From Prasinococcaceae sp. CCMP 1430 (taxonomy: Eukaryota > Plantae > Prasinodermophyta), in NCBI GenBank assembly GCA_013416795.1, contig RQSC01000023.1, forward strand, positions 89,768-153,767: a stretch of DNA of 64,000 nucleotides, given 5' to 3'. The translations under genes were made by a program, and so were the position numbers. This document shows, piece by piece, positions 1 through 11,784 of this stretch. The notes under the pieces are model-generated. The model was not told the origin of the DNA, made no database searches, and saw only the letters and a list, made by a program, of their open reading frames with translations. The first letter of the stretch is position 1. Each line of letters starts with the position of its first letter.

Positions 1-1649
1 TCGGCGGCGGCGAGCGCGCGGCCGCGCGCCACGCCTCCAAGGGCAAGCTCATGCCGCGCGCGCGCGTGTCGCAGCTGCTCGACGCGGGCGCGCCCTTCCT
101 CGAGCTCAGCCCGCTCGCGGGCGGCGACTGCATGTACGGCCAGCGCGAGGTCGTGGCGGGCGGCGGCCTCATCACCGGGATCGGCGTGGTCGCGGGCGCG
201 CGCTGCATGGTGGTCGCCAACGACCCCACCGTCAAGGGCGGCGCGTACTACCCCATCACAGTCAAGAAGCAGCTGCGCGCGCAGGAGATCGCCGCCAAGC
301 TGCGCCTGCCGTGCGTCTACCTGGTGGACAGCGCGGGGGCCAACCTGGGGCGGCAGGACGAGGTCTTTCCCGACCGCGACCACTTCGGCCGCATCTTCTA
401 CAACATGGCGCGCATGAGCGCCGCAGGCGTGCCGCAGATCGCGGCCGTGCTCGGCAGCTGCACGGCGGGCGGCGCGTACGTGCCCGCCATGGCCGACGAG
501 AGCATCATCGTCAGGGAACAGGGCACGATCTTCCTGGCGGGGCCTCCGCTCGTGGAGGCCGCCACGGGAGAGGTCGTCAGCGCGGAGGAGCTCGGCGGCG
601 GCGACGTGCACTGCCGCATATCGGGGGTGGCCGACCACCTGGCGGCCAACGAGGAGCACGCGCTCGCGCTCGCGCACCGCTGCGTGGCGGCCGCCACGCG
701 CGGCGCTGCGGGCGGCGCCGTCGCCCGCGCCGACGCGGCGCTGCCGCGCGCCTTCTCGCCACCCGCCAAGGACCCCGCCGAGCTCGACGCCGGTGCGGTG
801 CCCAGCGATCTCAGGCAGTCGTACGACGTGCGCGACGTGATCGATCGCGTGGTGGACGGCGGCAGCGTGCACGAATTCAAATCGCTCTTCGGCACGACGC
901 TGGTGACGGCGTTCGCCACGATCGAGGGGCGCGCAGTGGGCGTGGTGGCAAACAACGGCGTTCTCTTCCCCGACGCGGCGCTCAAGGGCGCGCACTTCGT
1001 GCAGCTGTGCTCGCAGCGTGGGGTGCCGCTGGTCTTTTTGCAGAACATAGCAGGTCCGTCGACTGGCTGGCGCGGCGGCAGCATCGCGCGCGCGCTCGCG
1101 CACGCCCGTCGCTAACCCCCGCGCGAGCGTCGCGCGTGTTCGCGCGCCCTTCGGCGCGACACCTGCGCAGGCTTCATGGTGGGAAAGAGCTACGAGCACG
1201 CGGGCATCGCCAAAGCGGGCGCCAAGATGGTCAACGCGGTCGCGTGCGCCAGCGTGCCGAAGATCACCGTGCGCATCGGCGGCTCGTTCGGCGCGGGGGA
1301 CTACGGCATGAGCGGGCGCGCCTACTCGCCCGATTTCCTCTTCGCGTGGCCAAACTCGCGAATCTCGGTGATGGGCGGCGAGCAGGCGGCCAGCGTGCTC
1401 GCCACCGTGGAGAAGGGCAAGCGCAGGCGCGCGGGCGCCGAGCCCATGGGCGATGAGGAGGAGGCCGCCCTCAAGGCCCCCGTGCTCGCAAAGTACGAAC
1501 GCGAGGGCAGCTGCTACTACTCGAGCGCGCGCCTGTGGGACGACGGCGTCATCGCGCCCAGCGACACGCGCCGCGTCCTCGCGCTCGCGCTCGGCGCGGC
1601 GGCGGTTGCGCCCGCGCAGGAGCCCGGCTACGGCGTCTTTCGGATGTGA
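1..1649 (+). CDS. MCCB: 3-methylcrotonyl-CoA carboxylase beta subunit (carboxyl transferase), 5'-truncated by window edge; intron 1054..1170
   Basis: Motifs [37 protein letters not shown] and [16 protein letters not shown] intron with GCTAAC branch point joins FLQNIAG to FMVG in frame. Confidence 0.95.
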
Positions 1650-2261
1650 GCTGCTGGGGGCGGCGATGGCCCGCTGGCGGCGACGTCGCAGTCGCGCGCC
1701 AGCTAGAGAGGCCCCGAGCCGATATGAGGTTGTACGAGGCAAACCCGAACCTGTTGCGCTCCAATTTGCGACAACGCACACGCAGGCGAACGTCACACAG
1801 CGAGTAAATTTACTTTTACTTCGAACCCTGTGTTCGGCGCGCATCGGATGGGATGGGATGCGGACGCGGCGCACGCATGCATATTTCAGGTCGGATCATG
1901 CCCCAAACCCAACATGGCACCCTATAAATGCCCAAATTGAGATGTTTTATAGACCCTCTTTTTCCGTCGCATCGCTTTGGGTGTGAACTGCGGGCCGCCC
2001 GGCGGCGCGCGCGGCCGCCGCCGCGGCGGCTGNNNNNNNNNNNNNNNNNNNNNNNNNNNNNNNNNNNNNNNNNNNNNNNNNNNNNNNNNNNNNGGCCAGC
2101 TACGAGGTGCCGCAGGAGAGCGCGGAACGTGCCCGCGCGGGGTCAGCCGGGGCCGGGCGCGCGCCGAACGTCGGCGCGATACGCGGGGAGCGCGCCGCGG
2201 GGGACGGGCGGGCGGCGCTGCGAGCGAGGGGAGCGGGCGGTGCTCGTCTGACCCGGCGGAG

Positions 2262-3133
2262 ATGTCGGCGGCGGGCATGAAGGTGGCGGAATTGCGCGAG
2301 GCTCTCGCGTCGCGTGGCCTCTCCACAACGGGGCTCAAGGCGGCGCTCGCCGCGCGCCTCGAGGTCGCGCTCGCCGAGGAGGCGCTCGCCGCCAAGAAGG
2401 GCGTCCAGGCGGCCAAGCGCGGCAAGGCCGGCAAGGCCGAGGCCCCTGCGAGTGCCGGCACAAAGGCGTCTGCGCGGAGCGGTGGGGTGCTTGCCGGGAT
2501 CGGTGGCGGCGACGCCGATGGCGACGACAGCGACGACGCGCCTGAGGCGGTGTCGGCAGGCGCGGGCCGCGCGGCCGCGCGCGCGGCACGGCCGGCGAGG
2601 CGCGCGCAGCGGAGCGCGCCGGCGCCAAGGCGAAGCGCAAGGCGCGCGCGGAGGCGGAGGAGCAGCGTGCTGAGGAGAGAAAACGGCAGCGCGAAAAGAA
2701 ACAGAGGGCAAAGGAGGAGGAGGAGGCGAGGGAGAGGGAGCTCGAGGCGAATGAGGCGGGCACCCGCGGCACTGACGCGGCCGACGACCTGATGCTCCCC
2801 CCCGAGGTGGTGAGTGCGATGCTCGCGCAGGAGAAGGCCGAGCGCGAGCGGCGCTTGACAACGGAGGCGTTGCGCGGCGCGCACCGCCGAGCGGGCGACG
2901 GTCCGCGCGCGCCCGCGGCCGCCGGCGGCAAGAAGCGCGCGCGCTCGGGACCCAAGCTTCCCAGGGGCATGGAGGTGGCGGTGCTCAGCGGGGACTCCGT
3001 TCTCGACGCGCGTGGCAAGGACGACACGAGCTCCAGAGAATTTCTCGCTCGCGCGCGTGGTCGACACAAGAGGTCGCGCGACATGCTCCGCCCCTCGAGG
3101 GGCTTCGCGCCCGCGGCCGGATTCGCGCGCTGA
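2262..3133 (+). CDS. SAP-domain protein with DDAPEAVS motif and charged coiled coil; apparent frameshift near 2550-2610
   Basis: MKVAELREALASRGLSTTGLKAALAARL is a SAP motif. The Glu/Lys-rich coding-like text (AEEQRAEERKRQREKK...MLPPEVV) continues in a different frame to the stop at 3133. Confidence 0.6.
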
Positions 3134-3333
3134 GGGTGCCGCGGCGAGGCGCGAGCGCGCGCGTTGGGATGCGGTAAAAGCGACTCTGCGTTACAGCTGC
3201 GCCTCCTCCGCACACACCTTGGCAGTCGGCGCGTGCTCTGCGGCGGCCCGCTACGGGCCGCGCGCCCAGGTAATTCTCGCCGCCGTAGTGTAGTCGTGCA
3301 TGCTAGCGTCGCCTCCCGGGCGCTCTAGCTCTC

Positions 3334-6300
3334 TCACGCAGCGTCGGCCTTCAGCTCGTCCGCGAGCGCTTTGACAGCCTGCGCGCGCTTGCGCATGGTC
3401 GCCTTGATGGCAGCAAGCTTGGCCTCAGCGGCTTCCGCCCTGGACTCCGCCTTCACAGCCTTGCCCTCTGCGGCGCTCGCGGTTCTCTCGGCAGCCACCG
3501 CGCGACGATCGGCCGCCTTGGCGACTGTGCGAGCGTCGCGGAGCTCGCAGCGCACCGCAGCGAGCTCCGCGGCATGTGCGTCGGCGGCAGCCGCCGCAGC
3601 CTCGTCAGCCATGATCTTGGCGGTGTTCGATGCTTCCAACTGTGCGCGCAGCGCAGCTATCTCGTCGCGCGCAGACGACAGCTCCGCCGCGGCCGCGGAC
3701 TGCGCCTTTGCGGCCTTTGCAGCCGCTGCGGCAGCCTTTGCCTTAGCTTTGGAAGCGTCTGTCGCAGCCTTGGCCTTGGCCTTGGCCGCCTCGGCGTCCG
3801 CCTTAGCCTTGGCTTTTGTTTTTGCAGCCTCGGCGTCGGCTCTAGCCTTGGCCTTGGCGGCAGCTGCGTCGGCAGCGGCCTCATCTTCAGCTTCCGCTGC
3901 TGCCTGAGCTTCGGCCTCGGCCTTGCGCTTTGCTTCATTTTCGGCAGCAGCAGCAGCCGCCTCTGCCTCCGCAGCTACCTTGATGTCCTGGTCATCGGCG
4001 ACAGCCTCGGGCGGTGGCTGCGACTTGGACCGCGCCTTCAAGGTCCTGCTCGATCGAGTCGCCCGACCCCTCGAGGGAGCAGCCTCAGCCTCAGCCGCGG
4101 CCTCCGCCGCCGCCTCGTGGGCGTCCTTTGCGCTCGCGGCCGCCGTGCGTGATCGTGAAAGAGTCCTCGTGGGTGCTGATGCGGAGGTTTCCGCGCCTGG
4201 CTTGGTGCCAGCGCCGCTGGCTCCAACCAGCTTGCTTAGCTGCGCCTCCTTGGCGACGGTGGTGGCCGCGGCCGCTGCGCCGAGTGGTGAGATGGCGCTC
4301 CTGGCAGCCCCCTTCGGCGCGGGCGACATCCTCTCGAGGCATGCCGCGAGCTCGTTGGAGGGCGCGAGCAGGCTCTTTCCCTGCCAGCCGCCGGTGAGCA
4401 AGGCCCCCCCTACTGATTTGCGGCTCTTGCGGCGGTCGCGGCGCGCCTTGCGCGCAGCCTCGGCGTCGACCACCTCGTCCGCGCCCGCTCCCGCTCCTGC
4501 GTCCGTGCCGAAGGCAAACAGCGGGTTGCTCGACATGGCTGCAGACGCATCGTCGCAGGCTTCCCCCTGCGCCTCTCCGCCCGCGAGCGTCCCAACACCG
4601 ACCGGTGCGAGCAGCTCCGAGATCGTCTTTCGCCGCGCGGATTTGCCCTTGGGTGCAGCCGCGGCCGCTTTGGTCTCGTCGACCTGTTGCGGCATCTCCC
4701 GCACCAGGGGTGATTTGCCACCGGCGATGCTCATCTGCAAGCGATCGTAGTAGCTCGCGCCGCCCCACGCCTAACAGAGCGTGTAAATGCGAGAGCGGGC
4801 GAGCGGCGGGCGAGGTGATGCGAGGGGGGGGGCGGAAGCGTTCAGTCGCCGGGCGTGAGGGCGCGCATCGCGTCAGCGTGAAAGAATGCCCGGTACGACC
4901 GAGCGACGCACGCGCTTCACGAGCTCGTGGCGCGCGCGAGCGCCCCGCAGCACTCACATCCTTGAGCTTGTCGTGGAGCGTTGCGTCGTCCTCTGGCTTG
5001 CCCTCCGGCGAAGGCTCTGCGCTTGGCAGCATCTGGTCGGCCATCGCCAGCAACTCCTTCACAGCGGTTGGCGGCCCCTCCTGCAGCGCATGCGGTGCCT
5101 GCACGGGCGCCGCCGCTGGCGAGGGGGTGCTCTCCACGCCCGCGAATGGAACAGGGTCGGGAGGTGCGCCCTCGCCCTCCCTCTGCTGCTTGGCACTGCT
5201 CCCTTTCGCAGCCGAGTGCAGCATGTCACCCGGCGAGTCCGGGAAGAAGAGCATGTCGTCGAAATGCACGGTCTTGCGGCGCTCGCGGCGCTTGAGCGCG
5301 CTGCGGCACGCGATCGCCTGCTCCGGCGCGGCCTCGTTTGCCTTTCGCGCCGGCTTGGTCACGGCCTTGCTCGCAGCTGGCTTGGGAGCCGGCTTGACGG
5401 CGCGCGCTGCCGGTGCCGCTTCCATCGCGTTCTCATCGGCCGGCGCGAGCGGCGACTTGGGCGGCTTGGCGGCGGTCTTCTCCGCTGACGCCGGCGGCGC
5501 TGCACTCGTGATGCCGCCAACGCCCGCTGCCGCAGACTTCTTGAGCTTTGGCACCACAAAGGAGGAGTTCTTGGACGCCGCGAGCAGCGCCGCGGCCTTG
5601 GCGGCCGTGGCGCCCCCCATCGACTTCCGGCCCGCCGGCATCGCTCCTCCGCTTCGGCCGCGCGGCGGCTCCCTCCTCGCCTCCGCCCGCGCTGCGCGCG
5701 CGTCGGCTGTGCGGCGCTCCGACTCTGCCTCGCGGCACGTGGCCGCCGCCGCCGCAGCAGCAGTAGCCGCCTCGCCCGCCGCAGTCGCCAGGCGGACGTG
5801 CGTGGCCGGGTCTGCGTCAGATCCTTTGTGGGTGTGCGTGTCGCGTTCGGTGGGATGTGCGGGGACATGTTTGGAATGTAGGGGTGGATGCTCGGGGTTT
5901 GTGTGTGGTTGCTTGGTGGCTTCTGTGGTTGGTGGGCCTGCATGCGTGGGCGGTTGCTCGGGGTGAGTAGGCGGGGCGCGATGGACGACGTGCGCGGGTT
6001 CGGCCTCAGCCTGCGCCATGGCCTGCAACATGGCCTGCGCTCGCGCGATTCTCTCCAGAAATCGCTCCGTGCTCGAATGTGAGCGCTCCAGCAGGTCGGC
6101 GGTGGTCGGCGCGGACGCGTCCGCGCGCATGTCAGCACCCAGACTCTCCGTGGTCGCGCCGGCACTGCCGCTCTTGGCATCCATGTCGAGGCCACGCGCC
6201 GCTTTAGCCTTAGGGACGAAGTCGTCGCTCTCGTCAACAGCTGCAGCCGCAGCGGCGGGCGCGGTGCCGAGGGCCAACTCAATGACCTTATCTATATCGG

Positions 6301-7342
6301 CGGTTGCGGCGGCGGCCTCCAGGCCGTCGGGAAAGAGTGGCGCTGCCGATAGCGCCGCTGCGGTCGTCGGAATCGCCGTCGCCGAGGTCCTCACCGCCGA
6401 CGTCGCCGAGGCCGCCGAGCCGGCTGGCACTGAAGCCGCTGCCGAGAACGTGAAATCGAACCCGCCCACGCCTGCACGGATGGCGCCACCGCCTTTGCTC
6501 TCCGCGAGCGACGGAGTGCTCCCAACGAGAGACGCCGAAGTTCCGGCGAGCGATGCAGATCCCGACACCGAGCCTGTCGAGCTGTCTGCCAGCGACGGCA
6601 AGCCTTCCCCGGCCTCTGAGCCCGCGGCACGTGCCACCATCGAGTCCGATCCGAGCGCCACTACGTCATCCGCGGCGATCGCCGCCAGGCGATCGGCGAG
6701 CCGCGACGCCGCTCGGCTGCCTGACGCGGTGCTGCCGCGCGCTGGGAGGTGTACCTGCGCGTCGGGCACGTCGCCAACGACCGGCGCACGCGGCGCATGT
6801 TCATTGGCGGGAAGCGGCTCGGGCTCGGCGGCGGCAGCGGCGGCGAGCCTGTCCGCAAAGGTCGCAGCGGGCGGCGGCTCGCGCGTCTTCTCCGGCGCAC
6901 GCGACGATTCCTTTTGGCAAGCCTTTAATCGTACCAGCGAAGCAGCTGACTCCGCGGGCGCTGCCGCCGCGGGCGCCCTCCGGTGCCGCGCGAGAGCCTG
7001 GAGAGCGGCCACGCCGGGTGGCTCCGGCGCCGAGGACACCGAGGACAACACCGAGGGTGCCGCCGCAGCCGTACCTGCCGATGCCGGCTCAAAAGCCTGT
7101 GCCACCGACGTCGTGGGCGTCGGCAGCGTCGTCGACGGCGTGACGTACGCCGTCGAGCTGCTAGCCACGGTAGCGGGCGCCGGCACGGCCACCGGCCCCG
7201 GCCCCGCCGCCGTCGCCGACGCCGGCGAGTGCCCGGGCGAGGGCGCCACTTCGGCGATGCCCAGCTTGGCACGCAGCGCCGCCAGGCGCGCCCGCGAGCT
7301 GCCGCATCCCGCCGCCCCCGCAGCGGAAGCAGCTTCCGACAT
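3334..7342 (-). CDS. Long low-complexity Ala/Pro/Ser-rich protein with C-terminal coiled coil; intron 4771..4957; start uncertain (could be two genes)
   Basis: Open frame 7342 to 4958. GTGAGT donor and TTAG acceptor join LKD to AWGGASYYDRLQM in frame with the 468-aa ORF. TGTAA lies on the minus strand at 3191-3195. Confidence 0.65.
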
Positions 7343-7405
7343 CGATCCTTCCTCCCCACACACACGCCGCAGCCGCCGAGCGCCAGCCTGCGCGGGCGCT
7401 GCTCG

Positions 7406-9868
7406 ATGGTGCGCGAGCTGCACGTGTACGGCGCCGCGGTGGGCGTTGGGGGGCGCGACGAGGAGGCCCAGCAGCACNGCGCTGGGCGCGCTGCGGGTGG
7501 CGCTCGGCGCGTTCGTGCTGCGGGACCTGCGCGAGCGCACGCGGGAGGGGGCGTTCTCGCTCGCATGGTGCGCGCGCGCGCGCGCCTCCACACGCGCCCA
7601 CGCGCGCATCGCGGGCGCAAGTATGCGCGCGGTGAGCGCTCGCGCGCATGCGCTCTCTGTCTGTTGTGCGCGAACACTGACGTGCGTACTCTCGGGCGCA
7701 GGTACACGAGCGAGCCCGCGTACGCGAGCATGCTCGCACCGTCGGACACGCCGCACGGCGCGTGGCTGCACGTGGCCGTGTGGTTCGCGCGTGGCGGCAC
7801 CGTGGCGCAGGCGTGCGCCTTCGGCGCGACTGCAGTGCTCGCGGCGGCATTTGCCGCGGGCGTGGGCGCCGGGCCGCTCGGGCCTACGAGCGTTCTGCTG
7901 TGGCTGGCGGTGACGGCGATGCACGGCCGCTGCGAGGCAGTGTGCGACGGCGCCGACCACTACCTCCGCGCGGTGCTGTTGTGGTGCATGCTGCTGCCCA
8001 TGGACCGTGCTCTCACGCTGCGCGCCACGTGCGCGAGGTTGCGCTCGCACGCGGGCTCGCATGCGCGTGCACGCACGCGCAAACGAGCGCACGCGAGTGT
8101 GGGCGAGGAGGATGTGTCCGAGGCCGACGATGGTGGTGAGGGTGCCGAGGGCCCCATCGTGCGCGGCTATGCGGTGTGTGGCCTATGCCTGCAGATGTGC
8201 TTCATGTACTGGGGCACCGTGATGCACCGCTGGGAGGGACAGAGGTGCGCGCGCGCGCACTCGCAGGCACATGCGTATGCACGCGCGCGCACACGCCCGT
8301 GCACACGTGCACCACGACACACACGCATGCACATGCACGCAAACTTACGCAAACACGAGCGCACACGCGCGCACGCTCGCGCTTGCACATGCTCGCGCGC
8401 GCAGCTGGTGGCTGCCCCGCCTGGACGCTGTGTACTACGCGCTGGCGTCGAACTTCGGCACGCGCGCGTGGGTGAGCGCGCTGGTGCTGCCTCGGCCGTG
8501 GCTGTGGCGCTTTATGACGGCCTCCGCGGTGTGCGTGGAGGGCCTCGCACCGGTGTTGCTAGTGGTGGGCGTGTGTGCTTGCGGTCGCGCGCGCGAGGGC
8601 GCTGGTGGGCGAAAAGAGCGCGCCCCCTCTCGCGTGCACCTGGCCGCGCGCAGGAGAGACGGAGGAAGTGTGTCCGCAGGCGGCGGCTTCGGCGAGCGGA
8701 CTGCGCTCGCCGCGCGCACAGCGGGGGCGCTCGCGCTCGCGGCGTTGCACGCGGGCCTCATGGTCGCCATGCGGCTTGCGAACTGGCAGGTGTGTATTTG
8801 TGTATGTGCTTTAGGTTGCGTTGTGCGACACGTGTGTATGTGCATGTCCGCTCGCGCGCCTACGTGCGTGCGCTGACCCGCGCGTGCTCGCGCGAGCGCG
8901 CACACCAGATGCTCGGAGCCACAGTCGCGCTTGCCTGGCTGCCCACATGCGCTTGGGACGCCGCGCAGGACGCGCTTGCGCGGCTCCTGCCGGGTGCACT
9001 GGTCGCGCGGCCCGGCGAGCGAGCCAGCGCTCGCGCGCACGCACAGACGAGCGCGCGCGCGCGCGCGCCCAGGAATGAACGCGCGGCCTCACGCGTCGCT
9101 GCGTGCGCGCTGGTGTACATGACCGCGCTGTGGGCGGGCGAACGTGGCTGGGTGCCGAAAGTTGACGGTGGAAACGTCGGCGAGGCGCTCCGCTTGAGTC
9201 AGTACTGGGTCATGTATGGCCCCAACCCGCCTCGCGAGACGACGACGGTCACGCTCACCGCCGAGCTCGCGGACAGCACTGCGCGCCTGGACGTGCTTCG
9301 CGCGCTACGCACGGGTGACTGGGGGCCGGCATCCGAGGTCCGTGCGCGCGCGCAGGAGCGAGCAGAGCGCACGCGCGCGCGCGTGCGCGAGCAGGAGAGA
9401 GAGAGCACCTGCCGGAGGGCACGCACAAAGCGCGCCCTGGCATGGCACACACACACACATGATGCGTGCCCGCGCGCGCGCACTTGTATGCTCACACGTG
9501 TCCACACGCGCCACGCGCAGGTCACTTCTGACGAGCTCGCGGCGATGCTCGAGGAGGACGCCGAGGACATGAGCGAGCGCTACCCAAGCATGCGCTGGGA
9601 GCGTGCGCTGCACCGCTGGGGGCGGCGCGAGGGCGCGCACGGTGCTCGAGGGAGGCAGCCGCTGCGAGACAGGGGGCACAGGCTCGCGCGCGCGGTGTGC
9701 ACCCACGGCCTGGCGCTGCGGCCCGACCTGGTGGGGGTGCACGTCACGTGGCGTGGCGCCACTATCCTGCCGCCGGGGGCGCCGGCGCGGTTCGAGCACG
9801 CCAGCGCCATGGACGAACGCGCGCACGCGCGCTGCCGCGGGTCAGAGGAGGCGCACGCGCTGCCTTAA
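7406..9868 (+). CDS. HTTM-domain multi-pass membrane protein; introns 7568..7701, 8245..8404, 8790..8908, 9338..9520; start uncertain (N at 7478)
   Basis: The spliced product carries HTTM-type segments ALGALRVALG, DGADHYLRAVLLWCMLLP, LQMCFMYW, AVYYAL, EGLAPVLL, LHAGL, LSQYWVMYGPNP and YPSMRW. All four introns are phase-compatible GT-AG. Confidence 0.75.
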   Translation: MVRELHVYGAAVGVGGRDEEAQQHXAGRAAGGARRVRAAGPARAHAGGGVLARMVRARARLHTRPRAHRGRKYARGERSRACALCLLCANTDVRTLGRRYTSEPAYASMLAPSDTPHGAWLHVAVWFARGGTVAQACAFGATAVLAAAFAAGVGAGPLGPTSVLLWLAVTAMHGRCEAVCDGADHYLRAVLLWCMLLPMDRALTLRATCARLRSHAGSHARARTRKRAHASVGEEDVSEADDGGEGAEGPIVRGYAVCGLCLQMCFMYWGTVMHRWEGQRCARAHSQAHAYARARTRPCTRAPRHTRMHMHANLRKHERTRAHARACTCSRAQLVAAPPGRCVLRAGVELRHARVGERAGAASAVAVALYDGLRGVRGGPRTGVASGGRVCLRSRARGRWWAKRARPLSRAPGRAQERRRKCVRRRRLRRADCARRAHSGGARARGVARGPHGRHAACELAGVYLCMCFRLRCATRVYVHVRSRAYVRALTRACSRERAHQMLGATVALAWLPTCAWDAAQDALARLLPGALVARPGERASARAHAQTSARARAPRNERAASRVAACALVYMTALWAGERGWVPKVDGGNVGEALRLSQYWVMYGPNPPRETTTVTLTAELADSTARLDVLRALRTGDWGPASEVRARAQERAERTRARVREQERESTCRRARTKRALAWHTHTHDACPRARTCMLTRVHTRHAQVTSDELAAMLEEDAEDMSERYPSMRWERALHRWGRREGAHGARGRQPLRDRGHRLARAVCTHGLALRPDLVGVHVTWRGATILPPGAPARFEHASAMDERAHARCRGSEEAHALP

Positions 9869-9872
9869 CATC

Positions 9873-11573
9873 TCATTGATCGCATGCGAACGCTGCCGGG
9901 TGGTAGAGCCCATCGACGTGCTGCGCCCTGCGCCGCGCCTCGCCCACGCGCGCGGCCTCGAGCGCCGCCGCCTGGGCGCGCTGCCGCGCTGGCGGCTGCG
10001 CGCCCAGCGCAGTGCGCGCCTCGAGCGCACCGCGCAGTGACGCCACGGGTGCGAGCAACGCCTCGCCGGAGCACTCGCCCCATTCCGCAGCGGCGATCGT
10101 CGCCGCAGCGTCGGCCGCCGGTGCGTCGCTCTCCTTCGTGCTGGTCGCTGCCGCGCGGGCCTCAAACAGGCGCATCTGTGCGCGAGCGCGCGGGTGCGCG
10201 CGGGCGCATGCGCGAGGGAGTCAGTGCGCACGCAGCCGTGCGCGCATGCGTGTGTGAGTGTGTGGGTGTCCTCGCGCGCGCGTGCATGCCGCGTCGCGTC
10301 TCCCACCTCGGCAACGACCAGTCGTTCCACTGCTTTGGCGTGGTCTCGGCCTGCACTACCAGCGGCGAGCACTGCCGCGTGCACCGCTCCCTCCGCTTTG
10401 GGCAAGGCAGAGCCTCCGATCGCCACCGCCCCCCTCTTCTGCTCCTCCGCGCGCACCTGCCGCACGTCCGCAATCGCCTTCGCTGCCTCTGCGAGCTGGA
10501 CGGAGTCCCTGGCGGCCGTGGCAGCCTCCTCTAACTCCGCCTCGGCCGCGGCAGCCTCCAGGGCGGCTGCCACGCGCGCGGCCCGCGCGTGAAGCGGTGG
10601 CTGCGCGCCTGGGGCCGCGCCCGCGCCTGTACCCGCGCCGCCCAGCGTGGCGAGGGCGCGCTCAGCAGCAGCGAGCGACGCGCATCCCACCCGCGGATCG
10701 CCTGCTCCGCACGCGGCGTCCCACGCGTACTCGACGACCTCGCGCTGCTCCGCGAGTGCCCTCGCGTCGCAGTCAACTTCACGCACGTCACCGTCGGCCT
10801 CGCGCAGCGCGCGCGCGACGGCGGCCTCCGCGGCGGCCGCGAGCGCGCTGCCGCCGCTGCAGTCCGCCGCGTCGAACGCAACGAGCGCGTGAGCGCCTGC
10901 GAAGAACGCGCGCGCGTCCGTGCCGAACGCATCGTCCGCCGCCGCCTCGGCAGCACTGGGCGCCGCCGAATCTGATACGTCGGCCATGGGCTCGTCGACC
11001 TCGGTGTCAGCCTCGCCAGGCGTGAGCGCGAGCGCGACGAGGCGCTGCGCGACGGCGCCTGCCGGAGCCAGCGACACGCACACCCGCACGCCTGCGTAAA
11101 GCCGTGTTTGCTCGTCTCCGCGCTTGACTGCCGGGGCGCAGAGGGGTAGCGTGCGAAATGTGCGCGCGAGCGTGCGTACGTCGGGCCATGTGCACGCGTG
11201 CGTGGCGCGGGACCGAGTCAGCGCGACGTGGGCGGGCGCGAATACTCACACACTTGCACGCGCTTGCGCGCTCGCTGTCGTGCGCACAGATGCGCGTCTT
11301 CCGCGCTCGCCCCGCACCTGCGCCCTCCGCTGCCTCGCGCATGTGCCCCATCGCTTGCGCCACGCCGCCCGGCCCTAGCGCCAGCAGCTCGGCGCGCCCC
11401 TCGACCGCGTCAGCGGCGACGACGACGTAGCCCTCCTGGAAGCATGGCGACGCCACACGCTCCCACGGCGAGGGCGCCGTCAGGCGCGACACTTCGGGCC
11501 AGCCAGGCGCGTGCGCCTGCGTGCGGGCGGCGGCGGCCGGTGGGCGCGCGCAGAAGTGGCCGCGCCCGCTCAT
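9873..11573 (-). CDS. Unknown Ala-rich helical protein, three exons (introns 11092..11316 and 10176..10306)
   Basis: Phase-compatible GT-AG junctions link three coding-like ORF segments. No family recognised and start uncertain. Confidence 0.55.
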
Positions 11574-11784
11574 CGCGCCGCGCGCGGGGGCGATACGGGC
11601 GCCGCGCGCAGCGTCGCGCCAAGCGCGCCGTGTGTGGCACGGGCGCGCCGCGCTGCTCGCGCCGTGTGTGGCACGCACGCGCTGGGGCATTGGGAGGGGC
11701 ATGCGTCCGTTTTTTTGCGACACTGCTCTGAACGCATCCGCTTACAATACTAAGGTGTGTGGGTGGTGGTGCAGGAGAAGCGAG

